A DNA stretch of 62,889 nucleotides, the filler included, from Chiloscyllium plagiosum (Eukaryota): assembly GCF_004010195.1 (NCBI RefSeq). It is 5 parts of one record of this genome, joined end to end, with 100 filler letters (N's around TTAATTAATTAA, not from the genome) between each part and the next. Parts side by side here need not be neighbours in the genome. Positions count along the whole stretch, not along the records: positions 46,790 to 60,533 come from NC_057711.1; positions 60,634 to 62,889 come from NC_057711.1; 3 more parts are not named here. One strand, written 5' to 3'. The position numbers and the translations under genes were made by a program. Numbering within the stretch: position 1 is the first letter of the stretch; each line of letters opens with the position of its first letter. The notes under the pieces were generated by a model. That model saw only the letters and a program-made list of their open reading frames with translations, was not told the DNA's origin and made no database searches. Of the stretch, positions 52,260 through 62,889 are shown piece by piece.

Positions 52260-53850
52260 TGGGCTGCAAGTCACTTGATTCTACAGGGTGCCTCACAAGG
52301 TAGAAGAATCTAGAGAGCAGAATTTGCTTCCTTTTACTCCTGTGCCTCATCTTTGAAATGTTTGGACTTGAAGCATAAAGCAGTTTAATGGAGAAGTTGT
52401 CACCAATTTGAATGACTGGTCAAAAACTTCTCTCATTCAGAGTGTCTTTGGAGCATTTTGCTCGTCATTGGTAAAACTTTGGGCATCTGCGATTTCAGGA
52501 ACTAGGACGGGAGTGCGGGACGGGAGTGCTGAAGGAGACACTTTGCAGCCATCCATATAGTGTCCAATCCATTGTTGAATTTGGAAGAATTGCCTGAACT
52601 CATGGAGAAAAATATGATAAGAGGCTTCAAGGAGGAAAGTAATGCTTGTTTGATGATTCACATGTTGAAACTGGCATCTGGTGGAGAGCTTGGGAAATTT
52701 TTTCTACTTCTGTTGTGTGTCGTTGGTGCCCAGTTCAGGTCTTGTTGAAGTCTGGGAGGGTCATGATGACGGCTGCTCTGTACATTAGGACTAGAACAGT
52801 TCTTTGTCGTCAAATATTTGTTGTTGCTTGTAGAAGGCTGACCTGGCACAGTTGGTTCAGTGTTGGAACTCCTCATTGATGGTGGATTTCTGAGAAAGGT
52901 GACTACAAAAGTATGAAATGTGTTAAACATATTCCAGAGTGTCTCCTTCAACAAATATGACGGTGGAATATTTATGTAAAGTGGATTGGGTTGATGTGAG
53001 TTTCGTTTTGTGAGCATTCAAGAAGAAGCTGAGTTGCTTTTGTATTGAAAGTTTGAAGAGCCAGAGAGTATTTTGCAAATCTGGTGCATTCATCTGAAAA
53101 CTGTACATAACAACATAGGGCAGCACGGTGGCTCAGTGGTTAGTACTGATGTCTCACAGTGCTAGGGACCAGGGTTTGATTCCAGCCTTGGGTGAACTGT
53201 CTATCTGTGTGTGAAGTTTGCACGTTCTCCCTCTGCCTGTATGGGTTTCCTCTGAGTGCCCTGGTTTCCTCCCACGTTCCAAACGTGCAGGTTAGGTGAG
53301 TTGGCCATGCTAAATTGCCCATAGTGTTAGCTGCATTAGTCAGGGGTAAATACATAGGATAGGGGAATGAGTCTGGGTGGGTTACTCTTTAAAGGGTCGG
53401 TGTGGACTTGTTGGGCTGAAGGGTCTGTTTCCATGTGTAGCATTCTATGATATATCCAGCATGCTGCCTGCAATATATTTCCTTTAACTTTGAAACAGTT
53501 GACTAAGTTTAAAGTTTTCCATTCAGGTGGTGTTTAATACTCACAACGGAAGGCAGTTGATCATTGAAGTGATTAACCACTGACGACTGGATTAGAAATA
53601 GCTTGAGGTCTATCGCAAAACCTTGTTTGTTACCAGTGTAGATTTTGGAGGCGTCTGTTTCAGTTCCCCACTTGACATGCTGCTTCATGTAGCAGTTGTA
53701 GCATTGTGATAACGTTTCTTGGACAGTTTGAATGTCCAGAGCACAAGTCAGAGCTTCACGATTAAATTAATTAAAAGCTTTTGTCAAATCAAGTTGATGA
53801 ATGCAATGAAGAATTCCTAATGCCTGGTGTCTACATCAAGGGAGCTGAAT
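52260..53850 (-). mobile_element. RTE-clade LINE fossil interrupted by a SINE
   Basis: Minus-strand remnants AFI.DLTKAF..NREAL, TG.KQG, GKL.NL, LN..KTK, EGDTLE.V, SHLSQK..INEE, YRAAV, WIGH. Confidence 0.7.
53118..53450 (+). mobile_element. HE1-type V-SINE
   Basis: gggcagcacggtggctcagtggttag head, V domain, CR1-like 3' end. Confidence 0.9.
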
Positions 53851-53891
53851 TTTTTGGATTAAATCTTCCCTAGACTAAGATGATTAGGCCT

Positions 53892-55070
53892 TAGAACATA
53901 GAAAATAGAAAAGTACAGCACAGAACAGGCCCTTTAGCCCGTGATGTTGTGCCGAGGTTTAATCCTAATGTAAAATATAATAATTTAACCTACGTACCCC
54001 TCAACTCACTGCTCTCCATGTGCATGTCTAGCAGTCGCTTGAATGTCCCTAATGACTCTGCTTCCACCACCATCGCTGGCAACGAAATCCATGCATTCAC
54101 AACTCTCTGCATAAAGAACCTACCTCTGACGTCTCCTCTATACCTTTCCCCTAATATCTTCAACTATGACCCTTCAAACCCGTCAATCCTGCCCTGGGAA
54201 AAGTCTCTGGCTATTGACTCTGTCTATTCCTCTCATTATCTTGTATACATCGATCAGGTTTTTGCTCTTCCTCCTTCTCCCCAGAGAGAAAAGTCCTCAC
54301 CAGGGACTTGTAGAGCTGTAGCAAAACTTTGCGGCTCTTAAACTCGATTCTCCTGTTACTGAAAGCCAAAACACCATATGTTTGCTTAACAACACTATCC
54401 AGTTGGGTGGCAACTTTGGGGGGCCTATGTACTTGCAAGTACCCCAGATCCCTCTGTTCCTCCACACTGCCAAGAATCCTGTCTTTAATCCTATATTCAG
54501 CATTCGAGTTTGACCTTCCAAAATGCATCACTTCGCATTTATCCAGGTTGAACTCCATCTGCCATTTCCCAGCCCAGCTCTGCATCCTGTCTATGTCATG
54601 CTGCAACCTGAAACAGCCATCGATATTATCGACGACACCTCCAACCTTTGTGTCATCTGCAAATTTACTAACCCACCCCTCAACCACCTCATGCAAGTCA
54701 TTTATAAAAACTATGAAGAGCAGAGGTTCAAGACCCCGCTCAACACTGACCTCCAGGCAGAATACTTTCCATCTACAACCACTCTCTGCCTTCTGTCAGC
54801 CAACGGATTCTGAATCCAGATAGCCAAATCCCCCTGTATCCCATACTTTCTGACTTTATGAATGAGCCTACCATGGGGAACCTTATCAAATGCCTTGCTG
54901 AAGTCCATATACACCACATCCACTGCTCGACCTTTGTCGACCTGTCTTGTCACATCCTTGAAGAACTCAGTAAGATTTGTGAGGCATGACCTGCCCCTCT
55001 CAAAGCCATGCTGACCACCTTTAATCACGCTATGTTGTGCCAAATAGTCATAGATCCTATCCCTCAGAAT
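53892..55070 (-). mobile_element. CR1 LINE fragment
   Basis: [44 protein letters not shown]; tail at 53892-53912. Confidence 0.92.
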
Positions 55071-55334
55071 ATTGTCTTCTAGCTGCAGTTTTGGACATTA
55101 GCGCAGACTGCGATCGTACTTGACACAGTCTCTACTACACTTACCGCTAAAGTATTAAGAAGATTTCAATTGTAAAAATTACCCAGTCAGTTGTGGTTGC
55201 ATTCTGTTTCCTATTGCTGTGTTGTTACGGTAGTGGTAAATATGAATGAATACATTTTTAAATTTTGGTCATCTGATCTTAAACCTTTTTATATACAAAA
55301 TCACTTTTTAAAAATGAAGAAATGTGGAATTAAA

Positions 55335-57125
55335 ATGACTGAAAAATGTCCATATTTCAGAGGAGGAAGTGCTGGATGTTTTGAAATGCATAAAAGTGGA
55401 TAAATCCCCAAGGATCAGGTGTACCCTAGAACTCTGTGGAAAGCTCAGAAAGTGATTGCTGGGCCTCTTGCTGAGATATTTGTATCATCAATGGTCATTG
55501 GTGAGGTGCCAGAAGACTGGAGGTTGGCAAATGTGGTGCCACTATTTAAGAAAGTTGGTAAGGACAAGCCAGGGAACTATGGACGGTGAGCCTGACATCA
55601 GTGGTGGGCAAAATGTTGGAGGGAATCTGACGGACAGGATGTACATTTATTTGGAAAGGCAAGGACTGATTAGGGATAGTCAACATGGGGCTTTGTGCGT
55701 GGGAAATCAGGTCTCACAAACTTGATTGAGTTTTTTGAGGAAGTAACAAAGAGCAGTCCTTTGGTGTATTCTATCAACCTACCAATCCTCAGAATTGCTG
55801 CTACTTACAACATTATAGGCGTTTTCTTTTAATCTTATACAATTCTGAACTTCCTTTGGCAATAATGTTTGACTGACTTTTTTTAAGATTTTGCACCTTG
55901 GAGGAATGTACAGTTGCTGTGAATCAAGTAAGAATTCTTTATGTATTATCCATTGCCTATGTGCAATCATGGCTTTTAATGTACTTCCCAGTGTACCTCA
56001 GCTATTTATCATCCTTGCATCGAATTGAATTACCTCACTTTCAAACATAATGTAAAATTCTATCATATTGTGGTCACATATTTCTAAGGATTATTTTACA
56101 AGATTACTCATTGTCCAGAGGGACAGGATGTGCATGTATTTGAAAAGGCAAGGACTGATTAGGGATAGTCAACATTGCTTTGTGCGTGGGAAATCATGTC
56201 TCACAAACATGATGACTGAGTTTTTTGAAGAAGTAATAAAGAGGATTAATGAGGGTAGAGCAGTAGACATGATCTATGTGGACTTCAGTAAGGCATTCGA
56301 CAAGGTTCCCCATGGGAGACTGATTAGCAAGGTTTGGGCTGAGAAGTGGCAGATGGAGTTTAATTCAGATGAATGTGAAGTGCTGCATTTTGGGAAAGCT
56401 AATCTTAGCAGGAATTATACACTTAATGGTAAGATCCTAGGGAGTGTTGCTGAAAAAAGAGACCTTGGAGTGCAGGTTCATAGCTCCTTAAAAGTGGAGT
56501 CGCAGGTAGATAGGATAGTGAAGAAGGCATTTAGCATGCTTTCCTTTATTGTATTGAGTACAGGGGTTGAGAGGTCACATTGCGGTTGTACAGGATGTTG
56601 ATTAGGCTACTTTGGAATATTGCATGCAATTCTGGTCTCCTTCCTGACAGAAGGATGTTGTGAAACTGAAAAGGGTTCAGAAAAGATTTACAAGGGATGT
56701 TGCCAGGGTTGGAGGATCTCCATTATCTGGAGAGGCTGAATAGATTGGGGCTTTTTTCCCTGAAGCGTCAGAGGCTGAGGGGTGACCCTTAGAGGTTTAT
56801 AAAATCATGAGGGGCATGGATAGGATAAATAGGCAAATTCTCCTCCCTGGCATGAAGGAGTCCAGAACTCGAGGGCATAGGTTTAGGGTGAGAAGGGAAA
56901 GTTATGAAAGGAACCTAAGGTTGTACGTGTATGGAATGAGCTACCAGAGGAAGTGGGGGAGGCTAGTACAATTGCAACATTTAAAAGGCTTTGGATGAGT
57001 ATATGAATAGGAAGGGTTTGGAGGGATTTGGGCTGGCTACTGCCAGGTCGGACTAGATTGGGTTGGGATATCTGCTCAGCATGGACGAGTTGGACCGAAG
57101 GTTCTGTTTTCATGCTGTATGGCTT
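55335..57125 (+). mobile_element. Rearranged CR1 LINE mosaic
   Basis: Plus-strand RT 55335-55752, an opposite-strand CR1-like piece 55753-56115, a duplicated RT segment restarting at 56117 with an internal deletion near 56334, then the 3' end. Confidence 0.8.
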
Positions 57126-57562
57126 TGACTTTGACTCCAGTGTCATTTGGTCACAGATTGGGGCAAACTTTGAGAATTCTGGAAACCAATCAACTGTCTG
57201 CATTGAAATTAGTTTTGATCTAAAGGCTTTAATATCAGGAAATCAGTCTGCGCTGAGAAGTTTGCATCTACTGTTTCATTCATGCACATGATATTTTTTG
57301 CATCTTGGGAGATGAAAGGCTTCCTTGCCAATTAGCTTGAAAAGACAATGTAGCTCGGTTCTGGAATACAGTAATTGTTCAACATTTTGCTTTTGAGTAG
57401 CAGGAAGAAAAATGTATTTGTGACAGCTAGCTGGAACACACTCTCTGCCACCATATTTCTGTCATTATCACTGAATACCGCACTTGCCGGGAAAATAAGC
57501 ATTGAACAATAACTCAAATATAGCTACTGATTCAGCTATTGCTGAGGATGCAAGGCAGCTAT

Positions 57563-57930
57563 TAGAGTCATAGAAATGTACAGCATGGAAACAGGTCCTT
57601 CGGTCCAACCTGTCCATGCTGACCAGATATCCCAACCCAATCTAGTCCCACCTACCAGCACCCGGCCCATATCCCTCCAAACCCTTCCTATTCATATACC
57701 CATCCAAATGCCTCTTAAATGTTGCAATTGTACAAGCCTCCACCACTTCCTCTGGTAGCTCATTCCATACATGTACCACCCTCTGTGTGAAAAAGTTGCC
57801 ACGTGGGTCTCTTTTATATCTTTCCCCTCTCACTCTAAACCTATTCCCTCATGTTCTGGACTCCCTGACCCCAGGGAAAAGACTTTGCCTATTTACCCTA
57901 TCCATGCCCCTCGCAATTTTGTAAACCTAT
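57563..57930 (-). mobile_element. CR1 LINE 3' end
   Basis: RGERYKRD.RGNFFTQRVV.VWNELPEEVV; tail ctatgactcta. Confidence 0.9.
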
Positions 57931-58897
57931 AAATAACTGTGGTCTCAGGTTAAGAATCTAACCCTCAAGGATTCTTAAGGACTGTTTAACTGTGTAGTCT
58001 TAATTTTTTTTTAAATCCCCCGATCCCTTTTAAATTAATCTCCTGTGTCTTTTTAGGTTTAATTTTGTCTTAATTATTTTTCTCAGGGTTCCTCGTTCGC
58101 TCGCTCAGGAAAACCTTAGTAATTCGCTCCTTCGTATTTCTAAACTAGGCCTTAATTAAAGAATGATGGGTGCTACAAAAAAGTTGTTGCAACTAACTCA
58201 AAGGGATTTAAAAAGAGGGATGTTTATTTCTCCTTCCTCACCTGTTTGTAAGATGCAATGTGGCTACATATAATCACGCTGACTTGTTTGCATGTTGGGC
58301 AATAATATGTTCAAAGTCCACATGAAGCAAATCAATGTTTACCTGGACTTGGCATTTGAGTATAAAGTTTGGGCTTTAAAAGTCAAGTTAACCCAATCTA
58401 CAAATGGAATATTTTTTCACTTAAAAATAGTCCCTGACCTGCCAGAAATGTGTGAGGCATTGCTGTTGTGTTGGATCTATACTCTGCCAAGACAGTCACC
58501 TGGCCGAACTGAAGACCCATCCCAAAAACATTTAAAAGAGAAACTTGGTTACAAAGAATGAGTTGCAATTCAAACATTTAATTGGTAACTGAAGCTTGAT
58601 ATTTTTGTCACTTCAGTTAAGTAAGAAATCTGGATCAAAGATACTTTCTTAATCCCAACCCAACCCCCACTTGAATGCAAAACAATAACCGCAACTATTC
58701 ATTGCATTGATGATGATCTTTAGTCATTAGTTCCCACACTGCTAGCGGATGCACTTCTAGATATTGCAGAATTGCAGCTTTATTATGGTGGCTTGAGGTT
58801 GAACTACTACAGGAAGCCAGGATGTAATAAAAATTTATTGCAAGTTAAACTCAGCTATATTGATTTAGACAGTGGGACTAGAGAAAACTGAGAAATG

Positions 58898-59021
58898 GAC
58901 AACCACCTGATGGAGTATCGCTCCGAAAACTAGTGCTTCCAAATAAACCTGTTGGACTATAACCTGGTGTTGTGTGATTTTTAACTTTGGACACCCCAGT
59001 CCAACACTGGCTTCTCCAAAT
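58898..59021 (+). mobile_element. PLE-type terminal fragment, third family
   Basis: cac-CTGATG-GAG-TATC-GCTCC-GAAAACTA-gtg (58907-58932); direct repeat tgagaaatg at 58889-58897 and 59022-59030. Confidence 0.78.
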
Positions 59022-59189
59022 TGAGAAATGAAATGATTTGCATGCATACAACACCTTTCTTGATCACAATATGTCCCAAAATGCTTTATGATCAAACAAG
59101 TTCTTCTGAAGTTAGTTGCAATGTAGGAAAAAGTGCTTCCTAGGTACAATTTGGCGGCATCTACAAAGAGGAAAATTCGGCTCATCTGA

Positions 59190-60305
59190 ATTTGTAATAT
59201 TTGTCTGAAGAATAGGACACCTGCATCAGACTCCTGCTCATTTACTACAGCTCTGTCTTCAACATTATACTGCCCTCCAGACTGATATCAAAACTCAGAT
59301 CTAGGTCTCTGCTCCACCCTCTACAACTGGATCCTCAGCTTCTTGACCCACAGACTGCAATCAGTGAAGATAAACAACTGCACCACCTCCACAAAAACAC
59401 TGGAGTCCCCCGAAGGTGTGGTCTGAGCCCACTACTGTACTGCCTGTACACCCAGGCTTTTGTTGCCAAATTCTGAATGAACGCCAGCTATAAGTTTGTT
59501 GATGACACCACTGTGGATGGATATCAAACAATGACGAATCAGAATGCAGAAAGGAGATAGGGGGCTTGGTGCCATGGTTCTCTCTCCACTTTGGAAAAAC
59601 TAAAGAACTGATCATTGACTTCAGAAACAAGGGAGGAGAACACGCTCCCATTTATAAGTGGAGCTGAGGTTGAGAGAGTGGAGAGCGTCAGGTTCCTTAG
59701 AGTGATGATAACTGATAACCTGTCCTGGAATTTGCATGTATGTGTGACGATCAAGAAGGCACAGCAATGCCTCTTCCTCACGTGGTTCAGGAAATTTGGC
59801 ATGTCCACAAGGTCCCTCACCAACTTTTACAGATGCACCATAGAAAGCATACTGTCCAGGTGCATGACAGCCTGGGTATGGCAACTGCTCTGCCCAGGAC
59901 TGTAAGAAACGACAGAAGGTGGTGTGCATAGCCCAGACCATCATAGAAGCCAATCTTCCATCCACGGACTCCATTTACATGGCCCGTTGGCCCAGAAAGG
60001 CTGCCAATATCATCAAAGACCCATTGCACCCTGTTATTGCTTTCCTACAACCTCTTCCGTTAGGCAGAAGATATGGAAGTTTGAACACAGACCAGCAGGT
60101 TCAAGAACAGCTTCTTCCCTGCTGTTATTGGACCGATGAATGGTCTCTCTAATTTCAAATAATGGTGATCTTGCTTAGTGCACGCTCTGTGCAATGTAAC
60201 CAATTTTTTTTTTTAACCATATGATCTGTATGTCCTTGCTTACTATGATCTGCCTGTACTGCTCATAAACAGAACTTGGGTACACTTGACAATAAATCAA
60301 TCAAA
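59190..60305 (+). mobile_element. Rex1/Babar-like LINE, 5'-truncated
   Basis: KFVDDTT, KTKELIIDFRN, RFLRVMITDNLSW, KKAQQCLF, NFYRCTIESIL; 3' aataaatcaatcaa; lies between decayed SINE-like pieces (59030-59165, 60310-60495). Confidence 0.8.
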
Positions 60306-60633
60306 ATAAATATTGACCTGGATGTTGAGGAGATCTGCTGTGCATACTGTGCCTGGGATCTTTGCCTAGTAGGACACGATTGAGCCTAAATTTAGTCTCC
60401 TCTCTAAAAGTTGGCACATCAAAGAATCTAGCACTTAGTACTCTTTGTTTTGTCACGTTTGATTTTTGTCATTCTGGTTTGGAATGGACTTGAATCTCTC
60501 TCTCTCTCTCTTCCCCCCCTCTCTCTTCCCCCCNNNNNNNNNNNNNNNNNNNNNNNNNNNNNNNNNNNNNNNNNNNNTTAATTAATTAANNNNNNNNNNN
60601 NNNNNNNNNNNNNNNNNNNNNNNNNNNNNNNNN

Positions 60634-60866
60634 TTTTTCACGCAGAGGGTGGTCCGTGTATGGAATGAGCTGCCAGAGGATGTGGTGGAGGCTGGTACAA
60701 TTGCAACATTTGAGAGGCATTTGGATGGGTATATGAATAGGAAGGGTTTGGAGGGATATGGGCCGAGGGCTGGCAGGTGGGACTAGATTGGGTTGGGATA
60801 TCTGGTCGGCATGGGCAGGTTGGACCGAAGGGTCTGTTTCCATGCTGTACATCTCTATGGCTCTCT
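60634..60866 (+). mobile_element. CR1 LINE 3' end
   Basis: FFTQRVVRVWNELPEDVV..; gggtctgtttccatgctgtacatctctatg. Confidence 0.9.
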
Positions 60867-61038
60867 GACATATCAAGATCTACATACTGGTTGGCACATT
60901 ACAGGCACATGTCCATGATATCCCACCATACAGCAAGATCCTGATCTTAACCCACCAATAAATTTTCCCAGCTTACTGCCAAATTAACCCATTGGTAAAT
61001 TATTTCCTTTAAATTCTAAAGGATTCTCTGTTACTTAC

Positions 61039-61275
61039 CATTAAACTTTTATCCATGTAATACTCGCGTCCAGGAGTCCCATCATTTTGTTTGGAGTCAA
61101 CCGCAAAGCAGAGGAAAAGAACATCCACCACCATCTCATATGTGGACAAGAAGCAGTGTGACACAAAGAAGGCAAATAGGCAAATAATGATGAGTGGTAG
61201 CACCCACACAGTGTAATCACGTTGGTGATTGAGCAGCACGATCCCAATAAACCCTGTGATTAACACTATAAGCAC
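61039..61275 (-). CDS. SLC44A1: Internal coding exon (79 codons, phase 0/0) of choline transporter-like protein 1 (CTL1), C-terminal transmembrane region
   Basis: Translates to [79 protein letters not shown], closely matching vertebrate CTL1. Acceptor tttcacctttcag at 61276 and donor gtaagt at 61038 are canonical. Confidence 0.93.
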
Positions 61276-61394
61276 CTGAAAGGTGAAAGAAAAAGCATGA
61301 TAAGTTATTTAATGAGATCAGAAGAAAGTGCAGAAAGAATACACACATTTTATAAAGTTTCGATAACTGACAACTACTTTCTCAGCACAAATGT

Positions 61395-62165
61395 GCCAGA
61401 AGACTATGAGATCCAACAAGACAAAATCTAACTGTCACTCTTGACATTCACAGACATTACCACCCCCCACCATCAAAATCCTGGGAGCTACCACTGACCA
61501 AATCAGAACTGCTTTAACCATATAGAAAAGCAGGGCAGAGACTGAAAACTCTGCAGTGAGTAACTCACCTCTTTTCTCTTCAAATCCTCTGCATGATCTA
61601 CAAGGCACAAATCAGGAGTATGGTGGAATATTCCTCACTTGCCTGCATGACAGCAGCTCAAATAATACACAGGAAGCTCAAAATCATCCAAGACAAAGCA
61701 ATCCATTTGATTAGTAACCCTCCTGCGACATTCTACATTCATTCCCTATAGACTGATGAACACTGGCAGCAGTGTGTGCCATCTAGAAGACTAACTGCAA
61801 CAACTCACCAAGGCTCCTCAGACTGCACCTTCCAAACCAGTGACCTCTATCACCCAAAGGACAAGAGCAGCACACACATGAGAACATCAATGTCTGCAAG
61901 ATCCCCTCCTAGTCACACACTATCCTGATTGGAAATTATCTTGCTGTTTGTTTACTATTGCTGGGTTGAACTGTTGAAATTCTCTGCCAGACAGAACGTT
62001 GGGCTCCCTACCCTACTACACATCCCCACTCCCCCCACAGACCCACAATGAACTACAGAAGTTCAAGCGGGCAATTCACCGCCACCTTCTGCAGGGTAAT
62101 TCAGGATGGGCAATAATTACTGACCCAGTCAGAAATTTCCATGCCCAATGAATGACTTGAAAAAA
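61395..62165 (+). mobile_element. L2/CR1-group LINE 3' fragment in SLC44A1 intron
   Basis: Co-linear with 38760-39515 (YKAQIRSMVEYSSLA, IQDKA); ends aatgaatga. Confidence 0.8.
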
Positions 62166-62734
62166 TCTTTTCTTTTTTGCTGCATGCTCCATAATGTGGA
62201 GGTAGTTGCATATGCACAGTTAAGGCAAATAAAATCTCCAAAATTCTTTTGCAAAACACATAAATCTATAGATGAGGCACAAGTTGCTCAATAAAATAGC
62301 TGCAAGAGTGACAAAACATTTTTTTTAAGTGCAAATAATCAGCCACAGATATCATGTATCAAATTGAGTGGCTCTTTAGAGATAATTACAAAATTAATGC
62401 CAGTTTCAAAAATGCTAATGGAGAATCGAGGTTCTGCTTACGATTTTAAAGAGATTATTAAATCTCATTTTATGTTGTATCTGAGTGAAGTTAAAGTTAC
62501 CAAATCCTCTACTGATGCCTATGTTACCTCATCATCCTTCAGTTGGGTGTGGCGATGACCGAGTGGCACGATGGTTAGATTATTAACCCAAAAACTCAGC
62601 TATTGCTCTGGCAGGTGGTGGAATTTGAATTCAGTTTAAAAAAAACTGGAATTAAGAGTCTACTGATGACCACAAAAACATTGCCAATTGTTGGAAAAAC
62701 CCATCTGTTCATTGATAGGCCTCTGGAACCAGGG

Positions 62735-62889
62735 AAAGATATCTGCCATTGTCAGATAGGCACAATTGATATTGCTTGTTCAAGGAGCAACTATTGAGTG
62801 TCTTTGATAAGTATGTACCTGTCAGGCAGGGAGGAAAGGGTCATGTGAGGGAACCGTGGTTTAATAAGGAATTGGAATCCCTTGTTAAA
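62735..62889 (+). mobile_element. CR1 ORF2 linker fragment running off the window edge
   Basis: KEQLLSVFDKYVPVRQ..REPWFNKELES. Confidence 0.65.

Overview
Vertebrate genomic DNA that is mostly intron or intergenic and dominated by transposable elements. The repeat content (HE1-type V-SINEs with (TAATC)n tails, HER1/CR1 LINEs, a SacSINE1/Deu-like SINE) suggests a shark or other elasmobranch; this is an inference. The only host coding sequence I recognise is one 237-nt minus-strand exon of the choline transporter-like gene SLC44A1 (61039-61275). The rest is CR1, L1, L2-like, RTE, Rex/Babar and Penelope-like (PLE) retroelement debris, a PIF/Harbinger transposase fossil split by nested insertions, SINEs and a full-length degenerate U6 snRNA pseudogene. 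The most interesting signal is about ten short non-autonomous PLE-type elements carrying minimal hammerhead-ribozyme cores. They fall into at least three families whose stem II sequences covary. Many form hairpins with a ~30-35 nt one-sided tail and 9-14 bp target-site duplications. In two copies an insertion junction maps to the predicted self-cleavage site. Element boundaries and family names come from motif recognition by eye, not database searches. Six N-gaps limit contiguity.
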